Shown here piece after piece: positions 13,680 through 22,461 of a DNA stretch of 32,000 nucleotides. The stretch's first letter is position 1, and every line of letters begins with the position of its first letter. Source of the stretch: Pyrobaculum calidifontis JCM 11548 (GTDB lineage: Archaea; Thermoproteota; Thermoprotei; Thermoproteales; Thermoproteaceae); contig NC_009073.1 in NCBI RefSeq assembly GCF_000015805.1, positions 1,590,001-1,622,000 on the forward strand, read 5' to 3'. Both the position numbers and the translations under genes were made by a program. The notes below the pieces were generated by a model. It was not told the origin of the DNA, searched no databases, and saw only the letters and a program-made list of their open reading frames with translations.

Positions 13680-13917
13680 AACCGCTTGTCCCCTCGCAGC
13701 CCGCCGACACCACAACCTCAAGCTCCTTCATCACTTTGCCCTAAACAGAGCCGCAACGCCTAAACACCTTCCCCACGGGTCCACTCACAGAGAGACCCCA
13801 CGTAAATATCCACGATTATAAAATGTATGGGCTTATAAAGCGCCCTGCACCGCGTTCACGGTAGGGGGCGCCGAGGAATAGACGGCTTGGTATATAACTC
13901 ACCCACAGCTTGTCCCT

Positions 13918-14667
13918 ATGCGCATTGCTGTAGGTCAGACGCCGCGCTTTAGGGGCATAGAGGAGGGCGTGGAGTGGCTTCTCTCTAGGCTTCCCAGGGC
14001 CGATGTTTTGATCCTCCCCGAATATTGGGTGGGCACGCGCCCGCTGAGCGGCGAGGAGTTTCAGAAGTACGTGTCCGCCATGGCGCATGTGGCAGAGGCG
14101 CTGGGCGGCGTGGTGGTGGCTGGGGCTGTTGCGGTAGAGTTTGGGCCTCATGTGAAAAACGTATGTCCAGTGGTGGGCGGCGGGGGGCTTGTTTCACTGG
14201 GGGAGAAGATCTTCCCCGCTGCGGCGACTGGGGAGCGGGAAAGGGTTGTGGGCGGCTCTAGGCTGGCCTTGTTCAAGGTAAGGGACTGGGCCGTAGGCTG
14301 CCTCGTGTGCGTGGATATTCTCTACCCCGAGCTGGCTAGGAGGCTTGTGTTGGCTGGGGCCGAGGTGTTGGTGAACCCTGCCAGCGTTTCCTCAGACAGA
14401 AGATCCCTTTGGGAGGCTGTGGGGCTGACGAGGGCCTTTGAGAACTCTGTCTACGTGGCCGCGGCGCTGGGCACCGGGTATCTGTACGCCGACGGCAGGC
14501 CCGTGGAGGGCGGCTCCTTCGTCGCCTCCCCCAACGGCTCGCTTTTGAGGTTCGGCTCCGAGCCGGGGGTCTACACAGCGGAGCTCGATAAGGCCGAGGT
14601 TCACTACGCCAGGTCTAGGCGGCGGTTTCTCGACGACTTGGAGAGAGTGGGCCGTGTGAATGTTTAA
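13918..14667 (+). CDS. Carbon-nitrogen hydrolase (nitrilase superfamily) protein
   Basis: MRIAVGQ..., LILPEYW (catalytic Glu context), CLVCVDILYPE (catalytic Cys context) and LVNPA. TATA tatataac at 13891-13898 is centred 23 nt upstream. Confidence 0.8.
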   Translation: MRIAVGQTPRFRGIEEGVEWLLSRLPRADVLILPEYWVGTRPLSGEEFQKYVSAMAHVAEALGGVVVAGAVAVEFGPHVKNVCPVVGGGGLVSLGEKIFPAAATGERERVVGGSRLALFKVRDWAVGCLVCVDILYPELARRLVLAGAEVLVNPASVSSDRRSLWEAVGLTRAFENSVYVAAALGTGYLYADGRPVEGGSFVASPNGSLLRFGSEPGVYTAELDKAEVHYARSRRRFLDDLERVGRVNV

Positions 14668-14689
14668 AAAGGGTAGAGAGGCTGTGGTT

Positions 14690-15958
14690 ATGTCTCTGCG
14701 GTTTATAACAGCGGCGTCTACCATCGGCACGTTGATTGAGTGGTACGACTTTTTTGCATACGCATCAGTGTCGCCCTACATATCCGCTAAGTTTTTCCCA
14801 AAGGGGGATCCAATAGTCGCTTCGCTTCTCACGTGGCTCATATTCGCCACGGCCTATGTCGTCAGGCCGCTTGGCGCCGTCTTGTTCGGCCACCTGGGCG
14901 ACAGAGTGGGGAGGAAGGCCACCTTCCTCGCCACATTGACGCTTATGGGGCTCTCCACGTTTGCCATAGGCCTTTTGCCCACCTACGAACAGGTCGGGGT
15001 ACTGGCGCCCTTCCTCCTGGCGCTTTTCAGGATACTCCAAGGCATTTCGCTGGGCGGCGAGTACGGCGGCGCGTTGACGTACGTGTTAGAACACGCCCCT
15101 CCCAACCGCAGGGCCTTCTACGCGGGATTTCTCTCCGCCACGCCTCCAGCCGGCCTCGCGCTGTCGTCGCTTACTCTTGTCTCAACCTCGCTCCTTCTGT
15201 CGCGGGCTGACATAGAGGCATGGGGGTGGCGCGTCCCCTTCCTGTTCTCAATTGTGCTTACTATACTCGGCGTGTATCTAAGGCTTAGGCTAACCGAGAC
15301 TCCGCTGTTTGAGGCGGTAAAGAGGGAGGGAAAGGTGGCCAAAGTGCCAGTGGTAGAGGCCTTTACCAAGTACTCAAAGTGGATTGTAGTAGGCGTCGTG
15401 ATAAGCGCCGGGCACGCGGTGCTGGCTTACACCTCCACTGGCTACATATTCACATACTTGACCCAGGTGGCGAAGTTAGATCCCTTAACCGTTAACCTTG
15501 TCGTCGGCGTGGCGGCGCTCCTCCAGTACCCATTCTACATAATAAACGCGTGGCTGGCCGATAAGTATGGGAGGAAGAGGATTTACATGGCGGGGCTGGC
15601 ACTGGGGCTTCTCACGTATTACCCAATCTACCAGTGGCTGGGAACGGCGAGGGGATTGGCAGAGACTATATTCGCCGTGTTCATCTTGATATACGCAACC
15701 GCGTTTACCTTCAGCGTCTTGGGCACGGCCATAGCGGAGCTGTTCCCCACTAGGGTGAGGTACACAGGAATGTCTCTGACATTTAATATAGGAGTGGGAG
15801 TCTTCGGGGGCTTTACTCCCACCGTTGTGCAACTCATAGGCATATCGCTACAGAACCCGCTGGCCGGGCTGATACTGTACACCTACGTCGTGGCGGCGCT
15901 GGCGCTGGTCGTGGCCTATTTCTATCTGCCAGAGACTGCCGCCAAGAGGCTGGAGTAG
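14690..15958 (+). CDS. MFS transporter, metabolite:H+ symporter (MHS, ProP/KgtP-like) family
   Basis: IEWYDFF..., the GHLGDRVGRK loop motif and about 12 hydrophobic segments. The start was refined to the ATG at 14690, 23 nt from TATA tttaaaaa at 14663-14670, which overlaps the upstream stop codon. Confidence 0.85.
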   Translation: MSLRFITAASTIGTLIEWYDFFAYASVSPYISAKFFPKGDPIVASLLTWLIFATAYVVRPLGAVLFGHLGDRVGRKATFLATLTLMGLSTFAIGLLPTYEQVGVLAPFLLALFRILQGISLGGEYGGALTYVLEHAPPNRRAFYAGFLSATPPAGLALSSLTLVSTSLLLSRADIEAWGWRVPFLFSIVLTILGVYLRLRLTETPLFEAVKREGKVAKVPVVEAFTKYSKWIVVGVVISAGHAVLAYTSTGYIFTYLTQVAKLDPLTVNLVVGVAALLQYPFYIINAWLADKYGRKRIYMAGLALGLLTYYPIYQWLGTARGLAETIFAVFILIYATAFTFSVLGTAIAELFPTRVRYTGMSLTFNIGVGVFGGFTPTVVQLIGISLQNPLAGLILYTYVVAALALVVAYFYLPETAAKRLE

Positions 15959-15993
15959 ACGTAAGACAAATATAGCCATTTTAATCTGGGGAC

Positions 15994-16476
15994 GTGGCGG
16001 AGATTTGTCTAAGGCCTATAGGCGTAGTGGAAGTCGGCTTGCCCCGCAGCGGCGGGGTAGACAGATTTAGTTATGTATCTACCGTAAGGATATTCGACGA
16101 GTTTGCAGAGGGGCTGGCGGGTCTCGAGGAATATAGCCATGCCATAATCGTATGGCATCTCCATGAGGCGCCCCCCTACAGGCTGAAGGTTAGGCCGTGG
16201 GGCAGGGAGGACATGCCGGAGGTGGGGATCTTCGCCACTAGGTTTACGCCGAGGCCGAACCGCATTGCAACAACCATCGTAAAACTCGTGGACGTGGACC
16301 CCCCGCGTATACGTGTCATGGGGCTAGACGCTTGGACAGGTAGCCCCGTGCTCGACATAAAGCCGTACGACCACCTCGACGTGGTAAACGAATTTCGCAC
16401 GCCGGATTGGGTAGAGCGATTTTTCGAAGAGCAGGGCGGCGCCTTGCCCAAGTGGCTAGGGCCTAGGAGGGCTTAG
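15994..16476 (+). CDS. trmO: TrmO/TsaA (YaeB, UPF0066) family SAM-dependent tRNA methyltransferase
   Basis: RPIGVVE..., FATRFTPRPNRIATTIVKL and GSPVLDIKPY are signature blocks of the family. GTG start with TATA aaatatag at 15968-15975. Confidence 0.75.
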   Translation: MAEICLRPIGVVEVGLPRSGGVDRFSYVSTVRIFDEFAEGLAGLEEYSHAIIVWHLHEAPPYRLKVRPWGREDMPEVGIFATRFTPRPNRIATTIVKLVDVDPPRIRVMGLDAWTGSPVLDIKPYDHLDVVNEFRTPDWVERFFEEQGGALPKWLGPRRA

Positions 16477-17990
16477 CAAGGCTCTATCGTCGACGGAGGC
16501 TTGGATGTCACCGCATATGTGACCATGACGACTTGGGGCACCTCGGCGGTGATTCGCGAGGAGATCCTCTCAAGCACTTCGTGGGGTATCTTCGCCCAGT
16601 CGGCGGTCATGGCATCTTCGCTCTCGACGACTCTCACTGTCACTATGTATCCGACGGCCCGCCTATCTCCCTTCACGCCAACCCACTTGTCGTCGCCCAC
16701 TACGGCAAACGCCTGCCACACGTTGCGCAAAATCCCCGCCTTTTCTAGCTCCTCTTCCACTATCTTACTGGCCCTCCTTACCACTTCCAACTTCTCCCTG
16801 GTAAAGGGCCCTATTATTCTAACCGCGAGCCCCGGCCCGGGGAAGGGCTGTCTATAGACAACCTCGTCTGGCAGTCCCAGGGCCTTTGCCAATCTTCTAA
16901 CTTCGTCCTTGTAGAACTCTCTGAGGGGCTCTATTAGCTCGAGCTTGAACCACGGGGGTAGACCTCCCACGTTGTGGTGACTTTTTATTCTGTCGGCGCC
17001 CTTTACCGCCCCGCTTTCTACTACGTCTGGGTAAAGAGTGCCTTGGGCTAGGTATTTGGCGTTGGGAAACTTCGCGAGAGCCTCTGTGAATACCTCCGCG
17101 AAGGTCTCGCCAACTATCCTCCTCTTTTCTTCACAGTCAGAGACTCCCTCCAGCTTTGACAGAAAGCGCTCTCTCGCGTCGACGTAGTAAACCTCTAGGC
17201 CAATGGACTTGAGCAACTCGACCACCCGCTCCGGCTCGCCCTCTCTGAAGAGGCCGTGGTCTATGAACACTGCCTTTGCCCTCTCTCCGACTGCCTTATA
17301 CACTAACACTGCCGTTACTGTGCTGTCGACGCCGCCGCTTACTCCGATAATTACGTCGCCAGCGGTGGCCCTTTCCCTTATCTCCTTGACCAGCCTCTCC
17401 ACTTGGTCCTCTGGGCGCCACACGTCCCTTATCCCCGCCACCTTTCTGAGAAAGTTTTCCAAGAGCACCTTCCCCTTCGCCGTGTGGGAAACCTCTGGGT
17501 GGAACTGCACCCCGTATATGTTGCCCCTGCGCATGGCAGCTATGTACCCCCGCTCCGATACTGCCAACACAGTGAAGCCCGGCGGGGCTTCCGACACGTA
17601 GTCGCCGTGGCTCATCCACGTGACCTCCTCGCCGCCCCACCCCTCGAACAACACGTCGGAAACCAGCACCTTTACCAACGTCTTGCCGTATTCTCCCTCG
17701 CCTCTGCTCACTGTGCCGCCCATCTTTTTTGCGATTAGCTGGTGGCCGTAGCATATGCCCAAGATGGGCTTTCCCAGTGAGAGGACGTCGTTGGGCAAGT
17801 CAGGCGCCCCCTCCTCGTAGACAGAGCGGGGGCCCCCTGAGAGTATGATTGCCCTTACCTCTTCTCTCATTGCCGCCTCTACAGCGTCCTCGGGGGCCAC
17901 CACCTCTGCATATACCCCAAGCTCTCTGACTCTTCTGGCAATTAGGTGGGCGTACTGGCCTCCGAAGTTTACAACTACGGCTTTTTCCAC
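16473..17990 (-). CDS. guaA: GMP synthase (glutamine-hydrolysing), fused GATase and ATP-pyrophosphatase domains
   Basis: ILGICYGHQL (GATase Cys), GVSGGVDSTV (PP-loop) and the C-terminal ...KPPSTIEPC. GTG start, TATA at 18010-18017. Confidence 0.95.
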   Translation of the reverse strand: MEKAVVVNFGGQYAHLIARRVRELGVYAEVVAPEDAVEAAMREEVRAIILSGGPRSVYEEGAPDLPNDVLSLGKPILGICYGHQLIAKKMGGTVSRGEGEYGKTLVKVLVSDVLFEGWGGEEVTWMSHGDYVSEAPPGFTVLAVSERGYIAAMRRGNIYGVQFHPEVSHTAKGKVLLENFLRKVAGIRDVWRPEDQVERLVKEIRERATAGDVIIGVSGGVDSTVTAVLVYKAVGERAKAVFIDHGLFREGEPERVVELLKSIGLEVYYVDARERFLSKLEGVSDCEEKRRIVGETFAEVFTEALAKFPNAKYLAQGTLYPDVVESGAVKGADRIKSHHNVGGLPPWFKLELIEPLREFYKDEVRRLAKALGLPDEVVYRQPFPGPGLAVRIIGPFTREKLEVVRRASKIVEEELEKAGILRNVWQAFAVVGDDKWVGVKGDRRAVGYIVTVRVVESEDAMTADWAKIPHEVLERISSRITAEVPQVVMVTYAVTSKPPSTIEPC

Positions 17991-18017
17991 GGGGCCTTTA
18001 AGCGGTTGATATAAAAA

Positions 18018-19253
18018 CTACTCTACTGCCAAGACGTCTAGCTCCAATACGTCTAATTGCGCATTTAAAATCTCAGCAACGCTGGGGGTCGTCCTTCCCC
18101 CATCGCCGTGTATAAACTCTTTTACATATAGCCCCCCTTGACATCTCACGTACAGCTCAAATACATGCGGCGAGACGAGACGAGCGTGGATGTCGTATAC
18201 CATTCTGACCCTCTTCTTCTTAGGGCTAAGCCTCTTTATTCTCCTCGGCGTAAATTGAACCACCGTCCTCCTAGACAGCTCAGACACTTTGGACAACTCC
18301 TCCGCAGTAAGCGGCCTCTCAGAGAGCACTAATGCACGGTAAAGCTTTATGTCCGTCTTAGCCTTCTCCTTTATCCTCCTCACCTCTTCTCTGTTGACAT
18401 AGCCTATCGGCTTGAACACGACGTCGCTGTCCACCAGCGGAGGCACGTCGGCTCTGTATCTTGCCGGCTGCTTTACCTCCACCACGACCGGCCTGCCCGT
18501 ACCGAGCATCCTGGCATCTGCGTCTTCCCGCCCACCCGCGTGAATCACGTGCTCCACGCCGCCGAATATGTCGCGTACATACTGCAGTTTCTCAAGTAGA
18601 GTTGCCTTTACGCCTCCAAATTTCTTTGCCTGGGAAGTCCTACGGCTGAGCTTGAGGTAGATGCCCTCCAATAGGACGGGGTTTTTCAGCACCGAAACGT
18701 CGCCGGTTGTAAAGTCTATTTTTACAACTACGTTGGGTCTCAGCTTCTCCACCTTCTTGCCAGGCAGGCGCCTTAGAAGCTCTCGCCCAATGCGCCTATT
18801 GATCTCATGCTTTATCGACTCCCCCGTTGTGATTAGAAACCTCTTTACCACCTCGCCCTCTCTCTCCAAAATGTCGCGGGGGAGGGAGGACCCGACCTCG
18901 AAGGTTTCGAACTCGACCCCTCTAAGTGCCTCGGCCGCCTTCTCGGCGTACTTTTCCACATCAGCGAGTAAACCGCCGCAGATATAGCACTTCTCTTCTT
19001 CCGCCTTTACCCCCACCGTGGAGAGAAATCTGCGGGTGGGCTGGTGAGTCTTTGCCAATTTTACCAAGTCGTTTAAAACGTCGGCGCCACTTCTATACTC
19101 GCTGACCAGCTTCATGTGAACCAGCGTCTTTATCGCCCTGCCCCTTTCCCAGTTTTCCAAGGCGAAGCCCAGTTGGGCAAATTGGCGGCCGAGGCACGAG
19201 TCGCAGAGGGGGTATGCCCTAAGTATTTCAAGCGCCTTGTCTAATACCTCCAT
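18018..19253 (-). CDS. pus10: tRNA pseudouridine(54/55) synthase Pus10
   Basis: The N-terminal zinc motif is CDSCLGRQF ... CYICGG, followed by a THUMP-like region and a C-terminal catalytic domain (...GGREDADARMLGTGRP...). 411 aa, a typical size. Confidence 0.8.
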   Translation of the reverse strand: MEVLDKALEILRAYPLCDSCLGRQFAQLGFALENWERGRAIKTLVHMKLVSEYRSGADVLNDLVKLAKTHQPTRRFLSTVGVKAEEEKCYICGGLLADVEKYAEKAAEALRGVEFETFEVGSSLPRDILEREGEVVKRFLITTGESIKHEINRRIGRELLRRLPGKKVEKLRPNVVVKIDFTTGDVSVLKNPVLLEGIYLKLSRRTSQAKKFGGVKATLLEKLQYVRDIFGGVEHVIHAGGREDADARMLGTGRPVVVEVKQPARYRADVPPLVDSDVVFKPIGYVNREEVRRIKEKAKTDIKLYRALVLSERPLTAEELSKVSELSRRTVVQFTPRRIKRLSPKKKRVRMVYDIHARLVSPHVFELYVRCQGGLYVKEFIHGDGGRTTPSVAEILNAQLDVLELDVLAVE

Positions 19254-19284
19254 CGACGGCTTGTGGCGGCCGGTTATAAAATGT

Positions 19285-19764
19285 TCACGGCCATGGCCTT
19301 CTGCCGTATAGAAGCCTGTCTGCAGCTATGTTTACCACAGCCACTTGGTGATGCGGCGGCAAATTGCCAAGGCCCAGCCCGCAGTGGGGGGATATGCCAT
19401 ATTCTTGAAGCTTTACGAGGTAGGTAAACGGCGGCTTTGGTAGACACTGCTGCGGCCCCTCTGGGCCCAGCAGGGCTCCGAGGGCCAGCTCCCTCACGCC
19501 ACTCTTTACCACAACGCCGGGTAAAGGCTTGCCAAGGATTGCCTTTTTCAAGAAGCCCGCGGCGGACTCCTCGTCTGGGTAAAGCCTCTTTACTCTTGCC
19601 CCGACAACTTTTACCGCTCTGTCTAGGTCGACGAGGTAGAAGACGGCCTCCGCGTCTTGTCTTACACCGTTTGATATAAGCAGAGCGGCTGTGAGGATCT
19701 TCGCATGTATGTGGGGTTGCCTCTTGAAGGCCTCTGTCGACGTGACGACTAAGAAGCGCCTCAC
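19285..19764 (-). CDS. trmY: Probable tRNA (pseudouridine54-N1)-methyltransferase TrmY (SPOUT, DUF358)
   Basis: MRRFLVV..., RQDAEAVFYLV and YPDEESAAGFLKKAI resemble my memory of the Mj1640/TrmY blocks. The gene is adjacent to pus10, which makes the substrate. The GTG start overlaps the SRP54 stop (GTGA). Confidence 0.55.
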   Translation of the reverse strand: MRRFLVVTSTEAFKRQPHIHAKILTAALLISNGVRQDAEAVFYLVDLDRAVKVVGARVKRLYPDEESAAGFLKKAILGKPLPGVVVKSGVRELALGALLGPEGPQQCLPKPPFTYLVKLQEYGISPHCGLGLGNLPPHHQVAVVNIAADRLLYGRRPWP

Positions 19765-21056
19765 CTCATTTTCATGCGCATCTGGCGCTTCAACATCTTG
19801 CTCATCTTCTTCATATTTTCAAACACGGTTAGCATCTCCTTTACGTCCTTCGGCGTGACGCCTGCCCCCATGGCTATCCTACGTATGCGGCTTGCGTTTA
19901 ACACCTCTGGGTGCTTCAGCTCCTCCATGGTCATTGAGCTCAAGATGGCCTTCCACTTGCGCAAGTTCTTCTGCGACAGCTCTATCTGCTCCTCTGACAC
20001 CTTAATGGCGAAGTTTGACGGCAGGAGTTGGAAGACCTTGCTCAGTGGGCCCAGCTTGAGCAAGCTGTCTATCTGCTTCTTAAAAGTGAGGAGATCTAGG
20101 CGGCCGGACTCCAGCTCTTCGAGGACTTTGTCTTCCTCAAAGACGGCCTTTATCTTCTCCACCAAGGCGTCTAAGTCGCCCATGCCGAGTACTCTTGCCA
20201 CAAACTTCCTAGGGTTAAACAGCTCAAACTCGTCCACGTCTTCGCCGACGCCTATGAACTTCACCCTGGCCCCGGTCTTGGCCACCGCCGCCAGTGCGCC
20301 TCCGCCTCTGGCTGTGCTGTCCATCTTAGTAATTATCACCGAGTGTATGGGCAGGTACTTCATGAAGGCCTCAGCCTGCGCCGCGGCGAGCTTGCCCACA
20401 GTTGCGTCTATCACTAGGAACACCTCGTCGGGCTTCACCGCGTCATATATGGCCTTGACCTCTTTCAAGAGCTCCTCCTCGTTTCTGTGGCGGCCTGCGG
20501 TATCTATGATCACGACGTCCATGTTCTTAAAGTTCTGGACACCGCGCACGGCTATCTCCACCGCGTTTTTCCCATCTCTCTCGCCGTAGAAAGGCACGCC
20601 GATTTTCTCCGCCAACTGCTTTAACTGGTCAAAGGCGGCGGGCCTAATCGTGTCAGTCTCCACTAAACCCACCTTATACCCCCTCTTTGCCAAGTACTTG
20701 GCCAACTTCGCCGCAGTAGTCGTCTTACCGCTCCCCTCTACCCCCAGGAGCAGTACCACATACGGCTTCTTCGTAGGCTTAAACTCAGCCGGCTGCTCGC
20801 CCCCCAACAACTTTACCAACTCCTCGTAGAGCACATAGACCAAATACTCCCTCGGCGGTATTCCCGCAGGGGGCTTCTCCTCCCTTATCCTCTTTACCGC
20901 ACTGTCGGTAAAGGCCTTTACCAACTCCAGCGGAACATCAGCCTTCAACAAGCTCCTCTGGATTTCCCTCGACAACTCCTGTAAAACCGCCTCGTCTATG
21001 TAGTCTACCCCGCGTATCTTCTCAATTAGCTTGCTAAATACCTCGCTCAGCTTCAC
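19761..21056 (-). CDS. srp54: Signal recognition particle protein SRP54
   Basis: The N/G domain has GVEGSGKTTTAAKLA, DTAGR and TKMD. A Met-rich M domain follows at the C-terminus. GTG start. Confidence 0.95.
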   Translation of the reverse strand: MKLSEVFSKLIEKIRGVDYIDEAVLQELSREIQRSLLKADVPLELVKAFTDSAVKRIREEKPPAGIPPREYLVYVLYEELVKLLGGEQPAEFKPTKKPYVVLLLGVEGSGKTTTAAKLAKYLAKRGYKVGLVETDTIRPAAFDQLKQLAEKIGVPFYGERDGKNAVEIAVRGVQNFKNMDVVIIDTAGRHRNEEELLKEVKAIYDAVKPDEVFLVIDATVGKLAAAQAEAFMKYLPIHSVIITKMDSTARGGGALAAVAKTGARVKFIGVGEDVDEFELFNPRKFVARVLGMGDLDALVEKIKAVFEEDKVLEELESGRLDLLTFKKQIDSLLKLGPLSKVFQLLPSNFAIKVSEEQIELSQKNLRKWKAILSSMTMEELKHPEVLNASRIRRIAMGAGVTPKDVKEMLTVFENMKKMSKMLKRQMRMKMR

Positions 21057-21086
21057 AGACAGACGCGAGTGAGACAGTAATAAACT

Positions 21087-21917
21087 TTAGGCCGGCGGTG
21101 CCTGTTGCTGAGTAAGCGAGGCGTACCACATGTCCACTTGTTTCATAAAGTTCTCAAGCCTATCTAGAACGTAAATTCCGTAGTGTGGGTATATTTCGAA
21201 GACCAGCTTCTGCGGCCTTACCGGCGTCCATCGCATCTTTCTAATGAACATCACTCTAAAGACAAACCCTCTGTACTCCATTAGCTCCAGCTTAATCACG
21301 CCGCTGGCCAAGTACTCCTCAACTCCAAACCTGCTTATCTTGTTCTCCCCCGTCGGTATCTCCGAGGTCATCAACGTGGTCACGTCCTTAAGTTTCCTTA
21401 GCTGAAACACTAGCTCCCTCATGTACTCCCTTACCCACAGCACGTCTGTGTGAGACGTTATAATCAGCGGGGCTATTGGGTCGATGACGAGCCTCTTTAT
21501 CCCGAACTTTTTCACATACTCCAGGATTATTTTCGCAATGTCTCTGGGGTCGGCGGACACCTTCTCCTCCTTGGCGTATGTCCTAAAGTGCGTGCGGAGG
21601 TCAACGAAGACAAGCTTGTTTTGGCTTTCTAACGCGTCAAGGTCCCACCCCAGCGACTCTCTGACGCCCCTCTTGACGTCTTCCGAGGGCTCGTCAATGG
21701 TAATGTAGAGGCCAGGCTCGTCGTATAATTCGGCGCCGGTCTTGAGGAACTGCAGACTGAATATAGTCTTGCCTTGGCCAGCCTCGCCAGCTATTAGGTA
21801 GATCTCGCCCCTGCGAAAGCCCCCCTGGAGGAGCTGATCGACGTACCAAATGCCCGTGGGAGCTCTATTGTCGTACTGGTAATACTCCTGGTACTCATAA
21901 TCCTGCGCATAAGACAT
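21087..21917 (-). CDS. KaiC/RecA-superfamily single-domain ATPase (COG0467-like)
   Basis: Walker A is GEAGQGKT, Walker B is RLVIDPI, and the fold pattern is KaiC-like. The N-terminal tail is unusual: SYAQDYEYQEYYQYDN. Confidence 0.75.
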   Translation of the reverse strand: MSYAQDYEYQEYYQYDNRAPTGIWYVDQLLQGGFRRGEIYLIAGEAGQGKTIFSLQFLKTGAELYDEPGLYITIDEPSEDVKRGVRESLGWDLDALESQNKLVFVDLRTHFRTYAKEEKVSADPRDIAKIILEYVKKFGIKRLVIDPIAPLIITSHTDVLWVREYMRELVFQLRKLKDVTTLMTSEIPTGENKISRFGVEEYLASGVIKLELMEYRGFVFRVMFIRKMRWTPVRPQKLVFEIYPHYGIYVLDRLENFMKQVDMWYASLTQQQAPPA

Positions 21918-21989
21918 ACGCCCCCTACTGGCGGCGCAAATATATTTGTTTTGTTCACATATGCATACCCTTCAAGGGCATCTATTTAA

Positions 21990-22415
21990 TTACGTTGCGT
22001 TGAATATGTACCACTCCCCCCTAAACTCAAAAAACGTCCTCTTCGCAATGCGTCGCCACAGCTGGTGGGCCTCCGAAAACCGCTGTGGCTCAAGCGAGGA
22101 GATGAACAACGCCGCGTCAAACGCCCCATCTCTGAAGGGGGGAAGCCAATAGTCCCCAAGCACCAACTCGCCCAGCTCTCCCCTCCTATCCCTCGCCCTC
22201 CTCAGCATATCCTCGGAGAGGTCTAGGCAGACCACGTACTTGTCCGCCAACACCTCCAGCGCAATGCCGACGCCGCACCCGGCGTCCACGACTCTCTCAC
22301 CTGCTTGCCCCGATATGAGCCAGTACTTCCGCCTCTGCTCTCCGCAGTAAACCTCCTCGTACACCTCGGCCAACTTCTCGTAGAGCTCGAGCACCCCCTT
22401 CTTGTCGCCGTACAC
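21990..22415 (-). CDS. Class I SAM-dependent methyltransferase (small, substrate unknown)
   Basis: Motif I is VVDAGCGVGIAL and motif II-like is VVCLDLSEDML. The start was moved to the GTG at 22415, about 22 nt from the centre of TATA 22434-22441. The ORF-track start at 22469 would overlap the L21e start codon. Confidence 0.7.
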   Translation of the reverse strand: MYGDKKGVLELYEKLAEVYEEVYCGEQRRKYWLISGQAGERVVDAGCGVGIALEVLADKYVVCLDLSEDMLRRARDRRGELGELVLGDYWLPPFRDGAFDAALFISSLEPQRFSEAHQLWRRIAKRTFFEFRGEWYIFNAT

Positions 22416-22433
22416 GTGGGATACGGGACAAAC

Positions 22434-22441
22434 TTTATTAA
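22434..22441. promoter_or_regulatory. Shared (bidirectional) TATA box tttattaa for the methyltransferase (minus strand) and rpl21e (plus strand)
   Basis: The centre is about 22 nt from the GTG at 22415 and about 24 nt from the ATG at 22462. Confidence 0.45.
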
Positions 22442-22461
22442 GTGTGCGGATTGTCCACGGC

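Noticed and set aside
13726-13732. Perfect minus-strand C box GTGATGA as the start of a C/D sRNA
   Set aside because: No CTGA D box lies within the expected 35-45 nt downstream; only CTGC is present. The nearest CTGA is about 100 nt away. The region is kept only as part of the non-coding-tract finding.
8667-13917. Integrated mobile element or virus at the tRNA genes
   Set aside because: I saw no integrase, transposase, Rep or capsid-like ORF and no duplicated partial tRNA (att) by eye. Only circumstantial accessory character remains, and that is reported as low-to-moderate-interest findings instead.
13440-13917. RNase P RNA or SRP (7S) RNA in the large non-coding tract
   Set aside because: I could not find the universally conserved RNase P CR-I/CR-V-like strings (for example GAGGAAAGTCC) or SRP helix-8-like motifs. 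The tract is also more A/T-rich than structured RNAs of hyperthermophiles usually are.
19774-20589. 271-aa plus-strand ORF
   Set aside because: It is antisense to the unambiguous SRP54 gene. It is Ser/Phe/Thr-rich low complexity and is a shadow ORF.
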